A DNA stretch of 38,329 nt from IMG/VR virus record IMGVR_UViG_3300044723_002769, positions 1 to 38,329 of that record; one strand, given 5' to 3'. Positions 18,151-27,694 of the stretch are shown piece by piece. The notes beneath the pieces are model-generated. The model saw only the letters and a list, made by a program, of their open reading frames with translations, ran no database searches and was not told the origin of the DNA. The position numbers and the translations under genes were made by a program. This stretch comes from a virus. Lineage: Duplodnaviria; Caudoviricetes. Within the stretch, counting starts at the first letter, position 1, and each line of letters begins with the position of its first letter.

Positions 18151-18912
18151 TCAACTCCTATCCATGTAGGGTGCTTTCAATAATATTCTAGTTGGCGATA
18201 CAAACAGAATAGGTGAGTCATCTTTAAGATAAATATTAACTATTGTCTTGAAGAATCCGTGAAAGAAACCTGTAAACTCAACTGTTGAAGGTTCACCATC
18301 TCTAGTCATTGGTTGTATTGTAGTTTCATACTTATCCAAATCAGTTTTGATAGATGACATTGTAAATATATCATTGTTGTAGTCAAACTTATATCTAGCA
18401 GTATTGATTACATCACAGCCCTTTGTTGCTTCTGATAATGCATGAGAAGAAACATGAAGTTTAGTCTCAAAGGTAGTTCTTCTAAAAGTAGGAAATGTTA
18501 CATTAACATCTCGTACTGTCTTCTCGAACTCAACTAACATATCAATCATAGGCTGATGACTATGTTCAACTACTAAAGGTAAGGTAGCGTTTGATGATTC
18601 ACTACTAATATACAAAAAGTCATTTGCTTCAACAGTAACTACTCCTGTAAATCCCTTTAGATATTTTACAGTCTTTTTGATGTCAACTACGGCTGAACCG
18701 CTTTCAGAAGTGGTCTCACCTAAATTGTGGTTTAATCCACAAATAGTAGTGTTATCAGCATTCCATATTTGTAGCGTGTTACCATTAACTACTAAATATG
18801 CGTGTGCCGATAACATACCATTTTTAGATTCTCCACCATCGAAGTATCTTCCTTTTAATGCTACACTTTCTATTAATTCACTCAGTTCCTTTGCTTCTAT
18901 TATTATTTTCAT
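18151..18912 (-). CDS. pcn: PCNA-like sliding clamp
   Basis: 253 aa; N-terminal MKIIIEAKEL..LIE; C-terminal V.IYL..DSPI.F...LLKAP typical of PCNA; adjacent to polB. Confidence 0.75.
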   Translation of the reverse strand: MKIIIEAKELSELIESVALKGRYFDGGESKNGMLSAHAYLVVNGNTLQIWNADNTTICGLNHNLGETTSESGSAVVDIKKTVKYLKGFTGVVTVEANDFLYISSESSNATLPLVVEHSHQPMIDMLVEFEKTVRDVNVTFPTFRRTTFETKLHVSSHALSEATKGCDVINTARYKFDYNNDIFTMSSIKTDLDKYETTIQPMTRDGEPSTVEFTGFFHGFFKTIVNIYLKDDSPILFVSPTRILLKAPYMDRS

Positions 18913-18927
18913 TGTTATTTATCTCCA

Positions 18928-19767
18928 TTATAATTCACCTGTTTTTAACTCAGGTATTCCATTCCATTGATTTCCTGTTTCTTCTAATACGAAGACAGGC
19001 CATTTCTTACCTACCATTTTGGAATTAGTTTTACTAGCAGTTAGTGTTGCCATGTAGGTTGTTTTCTTTCCTAACTTTTGTTCCTTTATGTTTACTATTT
19101 GTAATAGTTTATGTGGTGTAGTTTTGTACCAATCGGGTATTTCCCCTACTGCAATTGGTGCGCCTATACCTTCGTAAACAGGTTTCATATGTGTAATAAG
19201 AAACCTGTTAGTTCTTAATGCTACAAAAGGATTAATGATTCTATCATAAATCTTATTTCTAACTTTCCAATCTAATGGGCTTACTCTTACTGTATCTGAA
19301 TCCTGTATTACAGAACCACTTCTTGCTGCATTCTTTACTAATGATTTACGAAGTACATCACTAGAACCTTCATAGATTTTATCTACGCCATCTAAAATTA
19401 CAGCCTTTACATTTCCTTCTTTAATTTGTTCTTCTAACATTTTAATCCAAGTTGAACAGTTGTGAAATGTTTCATCCCAATTCATAGAACCATCTTCATT
19501 CCAAACATTAGGAACAAACACTCTTATGTTTTCATCTCTATTCCATGCTGAATCCCAAGTTGCAGTTGAACCGTCATCTAAGTCTAGTATTTCTACTGTC
19601 ATACCTTTCTTGATTTCTTCTTCGGTTCTGCAATCCATTGCTAAACCGGACTTACCGACTTTAGGGTTGCCTGTAATTCCTAATAGTAGGAACTCTTTTT
19701 CTCTCTTCATTCTGTCTTGTATTTGTTGCATTATTATTTTCTTTCTATCTTCATAACTCATTGTCAT
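18928..19767 (-). CDS. RecA-superfamily (AAA_24/Sak4/RadA-like) ATPase
   Basis: Walker A GNPKVGKS, LDLDDG, Walker B VILDG, FLITH. Confidence 0.75.
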   Translation of the reverse strand: MTMSYEDRKKIIMQQIQDRMKREKEFLLLGITGNPKVGKSGLAMDCRTEEEIKKGMTVEILDLDDGSTATWDSAWNRDENIRVFVPNVWNEDGSMNWDETFHNCSTWIKMLEEQIKEGNVKAVILDGVDKIYEGSSDVLRKSLVKNAARSGSVIQDSDTVRVSPLDWKVRNKIYDRIINPFVALRTNRFLITHMKPVYEGIGAPIAVGEIPDWYKTTPHKLLQIVNIKEQKLGKKTTYMATLTASKTNSKMVGKKWPVFVLEETGNQWNGIPELKTGEL

Positions 19768-19990
19768 TTAAATCACCATTCATATTGTAATCGAAGAGAT
19801 TTGTTATTTCCTCTAAATCTTCTCCGTCAACTTTTATTCTTATTTCTTTTCCTGATGGGAAATGGAACTTAACCCAAAACTCACCTGTTTCGTCATTCAT
19901 CCTTCTAGTAGTAAAATCAACTTTACTAACATTGAACCAATAACTACTACCTTTTATTATTGTATTGTTTATTATTTCATATTCTTTCAT
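19751..19990 (-). CDS. Small beta-rich (PH-like) protein
   Basis: Pattern shared with 29135-29419 and 34385-34672. Confidence 0.55.
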   Translation of the reverse strand: MKEYEIINNTIIKGSSYWFNVSKVDFTTRRMNDETGEFWVKFHFPSGKEIRIKVDGEDLEEITNLFDYNMNGDLNDNEL

Positions 19991-20010
19991 TTTATATTCT
20001 CCTTTAAGAT

Positions 20011-20029
20011 TAAGGGTATTGCACCCTTA
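20011..20029. promoter_or_regulatory. Intergenic hairpin after the SSB gene
   Basis: TAAGGGT-ATTGC-ACCCTTA, perfect 7-bp stem. Confidence 0.45.
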
Positions 20030-20066
20030 TAGCCAACAATGTGTGCATGACTACACTTTTACATAA

Positions 20067-21293
20067 TCAGTCAAAGAACCAATCGTCTTCTTCTGATTCA
20101 ACGTGTTCAATTAGTTCGGGACTTCCGCCTCTAGCACTAATAACATAGATACCGCTAACATTAATTGTTAATGGTCTCAATGCACCTTCATCATCTGTTC
20201 CTTGACTTGTTCTACCGACTACAATAACTTCTGAGCCAATACCAAAATCAATTACTAATGAAGATGGAATCCAACAAGTAGTCGCTGTGAAGCCATCATT
20301 GTCAAAGTTGAACTCGGTAGTCAAATCATCAATGTTAATGATTCTATTACCATTACCTGTTGGTGTCATATTAATACTAGTAACTGTACCATCAGTAACA
20401 ACGTAACGTTGTTTGTATGGTCTAGAAGCAGCATTACTATGAGCCTGTTCTAAGTCAACTAATGGGCTGTAATTTTCAGTACAGTACTCCATAATTATAT
20501 CTTGAACAGAACCAAACGGTACTCTCTTTCTATCATCTTCTTCTGCTAAATCATCGTTAAGAATCAAAGACTCCATTGTTCTAGATTTACCACCGAAGAT
20601 AGTACTATAATCTTCGTTCATAAAGAACGCATCAAAGTGTACCCATTCAAAAGTATTAGGTGTAAAAGTAAGAGATGATTCACCTTTGTAACTAAAAGCG
20701 AATGCTCCCATTCTTCCATCAACTTCACCAACAAAAACTCCGGTTCTTCTCCACTCTGAAACGGGTGTAGGTTTACCGTAGTTCTTCTTATTCCAAGCAG
20801 CATCATTAGTATTTAATGGTACTAAGAACAGACCATTATCTAATGCTACATTGTTTTCAGGTAATGCTTCCATAACCTTTACTCTTTCTTCGTTATCTCT
20901 CATCATTCTACCTTCAAACTTTCCGTCTTCTGTTTGTGCAAAGATTGCAACTTTTCCAAGAGAGTAAGTTAAATCACTATCTCTATTGTACTCTTTTACT
21001 ACTCTGTCTCTATCCAATGCCATTATATCTACTGCATCATTTATAGATACAAAGAACCCAAATGCTTTCTTGTAGAAAGAATTATTCGTATTGGTTTGTG
21101 TCTTTTCGCGATTTAGTATGTTTCTAGCACTACTAAAATATTGTCGCCAAAGTCCTCTAGCCAATAGAGGTTCTTTAGATGCATCGAGATTGTTCTTAGA
21201 ACATATGTCCTCGAACTTACTCATAGCATCTTCCTCGGATAAACCGAGCAGTTCTGCTGCTTTCATTATTTCATTTTTCATTTCTTCATTCAT
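20067..21293 (-). CDS. RPA-like OB-fold ssDNA-binding protein
   Basis: C-terminal OB-like strands (GTVTSI...CW...FGIGSEVIVVGRT...INVSGIY); acidic-aromatic tail EEDDWFFD; replisome context. Confidence 0.6.
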   Translation of the reverse strand: MNEEMKNEIMKAAELLGLSEEDAMSKFEDICSKNNLDASKEPLLARGLWRQYFSSARNILNREKTQTNTNNSFYKKAFGFFVSINDAVDIMALDRDRVVKEYNRDSDLTYSLGKVAIFAQTEDGKFEGRMMRDNEERVKVMEALPENNVALDNGLFLVPLNTNDAAWNKKNYGKPTPVSEWRRTGVFVGEVDGRMGAFAFSYKGESSLTFTPNTFEWVHFDAFFMNEDYSTIFGGKSRTMESLILNDDLAEEDDRKRVPFGSVQDIIMEYCTENYSPLVDLEQAHSNAASRPYKQRYVVTDGTVTSINMTPTGNGNRIINIDDLTTEFNFDNDGFTATTCWIPSSLVIDFGIGSEVIVVGRTSQGTDDEGALRPLTINVSGIYVISARGGSPELIEHVESEEDDWFFD

Positions 21294-21294
21294 A

Positions 21295-21537
21295 TTATTT
21301 ACTCCTTTTTTTCCTTTCGTATTTTATTTCAACCAATCCTTCGGCTGCCATTACTAATCCGCAAAGCACCCAAAAGAAATTGGAATCTACACTAATGTAA
21401 TTTAACGTGTTCAATATTGGTAGTACAATTAGTGCTATACCACCTGCCACGATTATCTCATATCTAAGTATGAGATGTTCAAAGTCGTCTTTATCAACAA
21501 CTCCATCTTTGTTAAAGTCAAAGAATTTTTTTACCAT
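21295..21537 (-). CDS. EF-hand-like two-TM membrane protein
   Basis: DFNKDGVVDKDD loop followed by two hydrophobic helices. Confidence 0.6.
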   Translation of the reverse strand: MVKKFFDFNKDGVVDKDDFEHLILRYEIIVAGGIALIVLPILNTLNYISVDSNFFWVLCGLVMAAEGLVEIKYERKKRSK

Positions 21538-21614
21538 CTTCTTCTCCCCCTGTTACTGTCTAACATTTTAATTAATATTCTCAATCCAATCAACCCCAAA
21601 AGTAACTCTATCAT
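21531..21614 (-). CDS. Micro-ORF (27 aa, hydrophobic then basic)
   Basis: MIELLLGLIGLRILIKMLDSNRGRRRW; ATGA overlap with rfc. Confidence 0.45.
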   Translation of the reverse strand: MIELLLGLIGLRILIKMLDSNRGRRRW

Positions 21615-22531
21615 TTAATCATCTGTCCTACCATCCAAGATGCCAAGACTTTTGGATTCATATTATTACTACGCCATTCTGTTTCGCCAATTATACGAAG
21701 CATTTTGAACTTGTAATTAGAATCACTTTCAGTTTCTAGAACTGTTGTATGTAAATTAATACATATAGTCTTCATGTCTGTTGAATCGTAAATCAATTTA
21801 TGCACCTTCTCTAAAGCATTTTCATAGTTATTTTCATTTATCATTGTTATAATTTCAGAGTATGGTTTCATATTCATGTCTATTTGATATTGGAGAGTTC
21901 GTTTACTTGCTGATGAAGCCTGTAATTCATTCAACCCTCGTCTTAAGTCTCCTTGTAGATATGTAATAAACTTATCTAATTCCTCTTCTGAATGTGTATT
22001 TATGTTCTCTTTTGACAAGATTTCGGACATTATGTATTTCATGTCTTTATTGTTAAGTCGCTTAAAATTATAGTTAGCACACCTTGACATTAAAGGATTA
22101 ATGATTTTGTGTCTATCATTACAAGTAATAATAAATCTACAATTATCAGAATATCTTTCCATAATTCTCTTTAGTGCATTTTGTGCATCTTTAGTCATAC
22201 CATCCATTTCATCTAGTAAAATAATCTTAAATGGTACATCACCGATTCTTTTAGTAGAAGCAATCTCTTTGATTCTATTTCTTACTGTTTCTAACTTTCT
22301 ATCATCAGAAGCATTAATCTCAAAGAAATTATTCTTTCTATTATTTTCTAATATTCCATTTGCTAAAGAAATAGCAGCAGCAGTTTTACCTACACCTGCT
22401 ACACCATATAATAATATGTTAGGCATTTCTTTATTAGCGACCCAATGTTCTGCATCTAATACAAAATTAGTTTGTCCTATTATGTCGCTAAGTTTAGTTG
22501 GTCTATATTTTTCAGTCCATAATTCACTCAT
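21611..22531 (-). CDS. rfcS: Replication factor C small subunit (clamp loader)
   Basis: WTEKYRP, GVAGVGKT, EINASDDR, LLDEMD, SRC, GDLR. Confidence 0.95.
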   Translation of the reverse strand: MSELWTEKYRPTKLSDIIGQTNFVLDAEHWVANKEMPNILLYGVAGVGKTAAAISLANGILENNRKNNFFEINASDDRKLETVRNRIKEIASTKRIGDVPFKIILLDEMDGMTKDAQNALKRIMERYSDNCRFIITCNDRHKIINPLMSRCANYNFKRLNNKDMKYIMSEILSKENINTHSEEELDKFITYLQGDLRRGLNELQASSASKRTLQYQIDMNMKPYSEIITMINENNYENALEKVHKLIYDSTDMKTICINLHTTVLETESDSNYKFKMLRIIGETEWRSNNMNPKVLASWMVGQMIK

Positions 22532-22827
22532 TGTATCGCCCTCTGTTTCAAACTTTTAGTTGTAATGCCGTTGGCTTTATCTTTAGCCATTCTTTCTTTA
22601 TAGGCTCTTAGACCGTAAGTAATAACATCAATAGGATTGTCAAACAAGTCTCCTATCCTAGAAGGTATTACTATTACACAATCACAGAAATCACAACATC
22701 TTCCTTCTGCAATTGGTGCGGCATTGTTTCCACTCGTAGTGAAAACTTTACCAAATAACATTTTATGTTCTATGTTCTTTAGACAAATAACACATTGTAA
22801 AATATCAAAACCATCTTTAGTTTTCAC
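22528..22827 (-). CDS. Cys-rich Zn-binding protein
   Basis: CVIC...GNNAAP...GRCCDFC. Confidence 0.6.
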   Translation of the reverse strand: MKTKDGFDILQCVICLKNIEHKMLFGKVFTTSGNNAAPIAEGRCCDFCDCVIVIPSRIGDLFDNPIDVITYGLRAYKERMAKDKANGITTKSLKQRAIQ

Positions 22828-22949
22828 TACTCTTCCTCTCCTTTTAATTCATTAATTAGTTTTAGAAACAGTTCATTTTGTTTCTCTAACAAATCTAACA
22901 TTTTATCCATTCTTCTTTTATATTTTCTATCATTCAATTGTTTTCTCAT
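22827..22949 (-). CDS. Small coiled-coil protein (40 aa)
   Basis: MRKQLNDRKYKRR...; GAGGA SD; read by hand. Confidence 0.5.
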   Translation of the reverse strand: MRKQLNDRKYKRRMDKMLDLLEKQNELFLKLINELKGEEE

Positions 22950-22967
22950 TTTTATTCCTCTTTATTT

Positions 22968-23819
22968 TTATAACCACTTATCTAAAGTGGGCGAAGGTAA
23001 AACTACCTTCTTTGATTCTATTTTTCTTTTCTCTCCTAGTTTTAATAACCTACATTCAGAATTATCTAACTTAGTCATGGCATATTTTTTGAACTTATCA
23101 TCTTTCAATAAATCTTGTAAAAGATAGGTTTCATGTCTTCTTAATCCTAATCTATTAGCAATACTACCTAACTTAGAATACTTTCTTCTAGTGGGCATTA
23201 CCATCTTAGCACTTAGTTTACCATTATGAGAATATGCTAATAACTCATAAAAGTAAGAACTATCCCAACGTCTTTTCACATTATTATCAATGAATGATAT
23301 TTTGTTTGGGTTTATATTTGGTATAATCCAAGATAGTATTTGATTATCTGCGGGACTATTCATCTTTAATTTAGTAGCGACTTCATCTCTATCTCTATTA
23401 GTTAGATATTCTCTTACTAAAGTGAACATATCTAAATCATAATTGATAGGTTCATCTGCTCTAGGTGATATGTTTAGGACATCTAACTTTTCTGTCGGTC
23501 TTTTCATATCACATAAGTTATACAACGAAGTAGGTACTGCTTTTTTACTATCCGTAATTAATACAACTTGACCTGCATATTCTAAGACCGTTCTTCTTAT
23601 TAAATCAGTATTAGGTTTATAGTGCATCTCGTCAATAATAATACCAACGTCTTTAGGAATACTAAAGTTATCAGTAATATCATACTCATTTGCATACATA
23701 ACTATTGGACTATCAGATACAAAGGACATTGCCCTTTTCATTTTATCCATTTTTGTATTGCCTAGTACTACTATTGGTTTACTCTTCATGTGTTCTTTGC
23801 TTATTTTTATTAGACTCAT
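22968..23819 (-). CDS. Degenerate RFC large subunit-like protein
   Basis: Decayed Walker A (VVLGNTKMDK), IIIDEMH, PIP-like end TLDKWL, close to rfcS. Confidence 0.5.
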   Translation of the reverse strand: MSLIKISKEHMKSKPIVVLGNTKMDKMKRAMSFVSDSPIVMYANEYDITDNFSIPKDVGIIIDEMHYKPNTDLIRRTVLEYAGQVVLITDSKKAVPTSLYNLCDMKRPTEKLDVLNISPRADEPINYDLDMFTLVREYLTNRDRDEVATKLKMNSPADNQILSWIIPNINPNKISFIDNNVKRRWDSSYFYELLAYSHNGKLSAKMVMPTRRKYSKLGSIANRLGLRRHETYLLQDLLKDDKFKKYAMTKLDNSECRLLKLGEKRKIESKKVVLPSPTLDKWL

Positions 23820-24123
23820 TCATTCTCACTTCCATTATTTGTTCATAATTAATATTACATTCGTGGCATTGTACTTGTATTATATACCACTTTAAGTTGT
23901 TTTCTTCTACTACACCTGCATCACAATAAAAATCATTGTTGCCGCATTCTTGACAACCATTCCAAAGTATTTGGTGTATATGATAACCTAATATTTCTGT
24001 ATCGTCAACAGAATCAACAGGTTTATTTTCTAGAATTGAAAGATTACACATTTCACAAATATGTTTACCGTTCTTAGTAGGTCTTAAATCGCATCTAGGA
24101 CAAACTACTTCTTTTTTTTTCAT
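23779..24123 (-). CDS. Double Zn-ribbon protein
   Basis: Four CxxC pairs. Confidence 0.6.
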   Translation of the reverse strand: MKKKEVVCPRCDLRPTKNGKHICEMCNLSILENKPVDSVDDTEILGYHIHQILWNGCQECGNNDFYCDAGVVEENNLKWYIIQVQCHECNINYEQIMEVRMNESNKNKQRTHEE

Positions 24124-24521
24124 ATTAGATACCCCTTCAACTCTAGTATTTCATCAAGACCATCCATTGTCTTGTGTCGGTTGGTATCTATTATATCTTT
24201 AACTTCTTTAAAGACATCCCAATTATTATCAAATGATACAGATGACATATTATATGTCTGTAAAAATCTATTTATATCTTCTGATTTAGTTATAGTTAAT
24301 ATTGGCCTTTGTCTATTTTTAGACTCCGATATTTTATATTTACTCTGAATATTATTTTGTAAGAAGCAACGGTGTAGTGCCTGTAATCTTCCACCGTTAC
24401 TCCTAAAGACTATTGATAATTTTACTCTATAACCTAGACTATACCTTTCCGCTTTGATAATTGATACTGTTGGTTTTGCTATTACAGAACAAACACCAAG
24501 AACAATATTGCGGTCTAGCAT
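24120..24521 (-). CDS. LAGLIDADG-fold protein, catalytic motif degenerate
   Basis: GYRVKLSIVF, F.EV..II....HKT.DGL.EILELK typical of single-motif LAGLIDADG proteins; the motif helix reads VLGVCSVIA. Confidence 0.6.
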   Translation of the reverse strand: MLDRNIVLGVCSVIAKPTVSIIKAERYSLGYRVKLSIVFRSNGGRLQALHRCFLQNNIQSKYKISESKNRQRPILTITKSEDINRFLQTYNMSSVSFDNNWDVFKEVKDIIDTNRHKTMDGLDEILELKGYLI

Positions 24522-24535
24522 ATTAACTCCTTGTG

Positions 24536-24563
24536 CAATAGGTAATTAATATTTTACCTATTG
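24536..24563. promoter_or_regulatory. Perfect 10-bp inverted repeat (operator or hairpin)
   Basis: CAATAGGTAA-8 nt-TTACCTATTG, immediately upstream of the SD of the LAGLIDADG-like gene. Confidence 0.55.
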
Positions 24564-24569
24564 TATTTT

Positions 24570-26114
24570 CTATATCATATTTTTTATATCTTCCATTGTG
24601 TTGCAATTAAAAGCGTGTTTGTCATTCCTAATCCTAACAACTCTAGGAAATCTCAAGCCATAATTACCATCAGAATCTTGTGATATTAAATCACATCTTA
24701 CTTCTAAGACAATTCTAGGTAGAACGTAGAACACATCGGAAGAATATTTATCAATTATTTTTTTAAGTTCAGTTGTTAAATACAGTAAATCTCCATCAGA
24801 TAACCCACTACCAACATTGCCTACACTTTGATAACCATTTTTAGTTTTGGCAGATATCCCAAAAGAACCGAACAACCCCGCCCTTCTACCTTCACCATAT
24901 TTAGCAGAAGATATAACTAAATCCAATTCAATTCTAGGCGGTTTATGTTTCAAAATATTATTACTTCTACCACTCCTATACTTAGCATCTAAATCCTTTA
25001 TCATAATACCTTCAAAACCATTGTTAATAGATGTGTTATATGCTGATTCTATTGTAGTTTCTTCTGAAAAACTCCATACTCTGTTTTCCATAGGGAAGTC
25101 TTTCAGATGCGAAAGACGCTTTAGATATGGCTCGTCAATTAACAAGAACCCCATGTATTGTATTATATCGAATATAACCATTTTAACAGGGCATTTAAGC
25201 ATGGCTTCTTGTTTATCTTTAGCATGAACCCTAGCGGCCATTTTCTTATGAGGAGCAGGTTCTATACTGCCATTTTCAATGACAGGATATATCTCAGTAT
25301 CTAAAATGCAAGTACTGGCGTTAAATTTTTTAACTTGTTCTACAACATCTAGAAATTGGTTAGTAACTATCTTACCTTTCCTGTTAAAAATCATTACATC
25401 GGACTTGTTTTTATGAATTTGGTATCTATTACCGTCATATTTAACATCTAAAATATAATTTTTAGGTAAATTATTAGAATATGTTTTTGCTAAAGATGGT
25501 TTTAGGAACATTCCTGTTTGAATAGTGGTAGGAGGTTCTTTTCCTTGCTCTAAGTATTGAAAAACAGTAGAAACAGGTTGAATAGAAGATAAATACTCTA
25601 CTCTTTGGTTAGGAAACCTTCTTTTGACTGCCTTAACAACAGTCGAATTAGAGACACTGTTTCTAGGTGTCCTTAACCAATAACGAATAAACCATTTTAA
25701 TTCTAAATTAGACATATTATTAACTGATTCAGCAAAAACAGTATAAGAATCACTATTTATGCTAGAACAATCTAATGTTAACAGAGAATATAATTGTTTA
25801 ATACTATAATTACTTTCTTTACCGTTAGGTAAAAACTGATACATACCTTCTCCTATATCTCCCCAAATTTCTTCTTCTGCTTTAACTTCTTCATCAAACA
25901 ATTCTAATGCGTTTGCTATCCAAGTTACTGCACGTTTATTTCCAATAGAATTAACTTCTAAATTAAGACTAAGAATATCTATAACAGTTTTAGGATTAGT
26001 AAATGAACTAAGAGATTCGTCTATGATTCTAATTTTGTTTGTTGTACTATCTTGTAGTTCTAGTGCTTCACACATTCTTGCAAATCTAATTAGTGTCATC
26101 CTTGTTCGCCTCAT
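24570..26114 (-). CDS. lig: ATP-dependent DNA ligase
   Basis: KYDGNR, LDTE, FDI, EGIMIK, LRFPRVVRIRNDK. Confidence 0.95.
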   Translation of the reverse strand: MRRTRMTLIRFARMCEALELQDSTTNKIRIIDESLSSFTNPKTVIDILSLNLEVNSIGNKRAVTWIANALELFDEEVKAEEEIWGDIGEGMYQFLPNGKESNYSIKQLYSLLTLDCSSINSDSYTVFAESVNNMSNLELKWFIRYWLRTPRNSVSNSTVVKAVKRRFPNQRVEYLSSIQPVSTVFQYLEQGKEPPTTIQTGMFLKPSLAKTYSNNLPKNYILDVKYDGNRYQIHKNKSDVMIFNRKGKIVTNQFLDVVEQVKKFNASTCILDTEIYPVIENGSIEPAPHKKMAARVHAKDKQEAMLKCPVKMVIFDIIQYMGFLLIDEPYLKRLSHLKDFPMENRVWSFSEETTIESAYNTSINNGFEGIMIKDLDAKYRSGRSNNILKHKPPRIELDLVISSAKYGEGRRAGLFGSFGISAKTKNGYQSVGNVGSGLSDGDLLYLTTELKKIIDKYSSDVFYVLPRIVLEVRCDLISQDSDGNYGLRFPRVVRIRNDKHAFNCNTMEDIKNMI

Positions 26115-26316
26115 TTTTATTATTTATTTTTTCCAACGCTTTAATTAACGTAGGTAATTCTTCCATATTTATTCTAACTCCTTTTCTTGTTGGTTTTCCA
26201 TCTGAATACCATCTAACATCCACGACTTCAACTTTCCAAAACTCTCCTGTTTTGATTAGTAATTCAGTAGTAGCATTACGTGGTACTCTTGCTATAATAT
26301 CCATATCATCACTCAC
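26086..26316 (-). CDS. PC4/YdbC-like ssDNA-binding protein
   Basis: VDVRWY..GKPTRKGV.I..EEL. Confidence 0.8.
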   Translation of the reverse strand: MSDDMDIIARVPRNATTELLIKTGEFWKVEVVDVRWYSDGKPTRKGVRINMEELPTLIKALEKINNKNEANKDDTN

Positions 26317-26399
26317 TCTTCTTCACATCCTTTAATAATTCTCGTTGATTTCCATTTTCTTAATATCCATTCTTTAGTCATATAATCTTCGTCTTCCAT
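26313..26399 (-). CDS. Micro-ORF (28 aa)
   Basis: MEDEDYMTKEW...; stop-start overlaps on both sides. Confidence 0.4.
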   Translation of the reverse strand: MEDEDYMTKEWILRKWKSTRIIKGCEEE

Positions 26400-26803
26400 T
26401 ATGTAAACCAACCTTCCTTAAATCTAGTAAGTTCCTTATGTGTGGTGAAATATCTAGGTGATTCTAAATCATCTAATCTATTGGCTACCCAAATAACTCC
26501 ACCCAAACTACTTATCTTAACAATTTCATATTGTCTCTTCTCATCACACTCGAATATTTCTTCTGTATTAACTTCGGGTACTAAACCGTAGTTTCTAGAT
26601 AATTCAGTTGCTATTTGTTCAAGGTTATTAGAAACATATTGTACTATTAGATTTCGTTGTATTGGAACTTTAGCGTCAACTACTAACTTCATCTTACCTG
26701 TCATGTCGCAGACTTTACATTTGTTTCCTTCACAAATAGGACATAGTATTTCAGCAGGTAGTGGGGCAGGGAACTGAATAGTAACCGCCTTGTGTTTAAC
26801 CAT
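26399..26803 (-). CDS. Protein with DnaJ-like Zn-finger motif
   Basis: CPICEG..CKVCDMTG. Confidence 0.6.
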   Translation of the reverse strand: MVKHKAVTIQFPAPLPAEILCPICEGNKCKVCDMTGKMKLVVDAKVPIQRNLIVQYVSNNLEQIATELSRNYGLVPEVNTEEIFECDEKRQYEIVKISSLGGVIWVANRLDDLESPRYFTTHKELTRFKEGWFT

Positions 26804-26882
26804 TAGAAACCCTTTTCCCTACAATAACATTCGTAACAAAAACCATGACGGTAAACTGTGTCTTCACAATAAAGACAACAAC

Positions 26883-27389
26883 TCACTCTGTTCCTCTCCA
26901 TTCTCTGTATGTAACTGTATAATTAACAGTTACATCATAGGTGAAATCGGAGAAGTACAAATCTGCTGTTCCAATAGAAGGAGCATAGCCGCTAGACCAA
27001 AGATAATCATATTGAATAATATCTAAATTAAGTCTGTTCATGTAAGTTATGTTTTGAGATAAATAACCCCCGACTTCAAAGGTGTAGTTGTGAAAAGTTA
27101 CAGTATTATTATCTACTGTAAAACTTAAGTGCGTTACAGTATAGTTATAACTTATTACTTCTAACCATGTTGTAGAATTACCTAATGTAATTATAGGTGT
27201 AGTTGCATTTTCATCTTCAACTAATACTGTAAAAGTCCCTTCTAACGTTGAAGAGTTGGGTATAATTCTGTCGTCATCTGATGGAGGGTCGGGAATAATT
27301 TCTCCCGCACACCCCGATAACATTACTGCTACCAAAAATACTAATCCAAATTCTCTCAATGTTGTTTGTCTGCTATTTTTTTCATTCAT
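26883..27389 (-). CDS. Predicted lipoprotein
   Basis: Hydrophobic h-region and lipobox LSGC; many N-x-T/S sequons. Confidence 0.7.
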   Translation of the reverse strand: MNEKNSRQTTLREFGLVFLVAVMLSGCAGEIIPDPPSDDDRIIPNSSTLEGTFTVLVEDENATTPIITLGNSTTWLEVISYNYTVTHLSFTVDNNTVTFHNYTFEVGGYLSQNITYMNRLNLDIIQYDYLWSSGYAPSIGTADLYFSDFTYDVTVNYTVTYREWRGTE

Positions 27390-27694
27390 TTAAACGCACC
27401 TAACCCTAGTTGTTCACCTTTCGGATTACTAAAATGCTCTTTAAGTTGTTCTTTTCTTTCTTTCTCTAAATCCTTTTCATGTTGAACTAACATCATAATT
27501 TCAAAGGCTCTAGATAACTTCTTGTCGTCATTAGTTAACATAACTAAATCTCCTTCTTTATTTTCGTGAAGACATTCGTCTAGTAACTTTCTCATGTAGC
27601 ATACTAAATCTGTTAATTCCTTATTGTCCTTGACTAGAGACTTTACTGCCTTAGCAACATTGTTTGTGTTTTCAACTAATTCTTTATTATCCAT
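27386..27694 (-). CDS. Helical protein with C-terminal PIP-box-like motif
   Basis: Ends QLGLGAFK. Confidence 0.6.
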   Translation of the reverse strand: MDNKELVENTNNVAKAVKSLVKDNKELTDLVCYMRKLLDECLHENKEGDLVMLTNDDKKLSRAFEIMMLVQHEKDLEKERKEQLKEHFSNPKGEQLGLGAFK

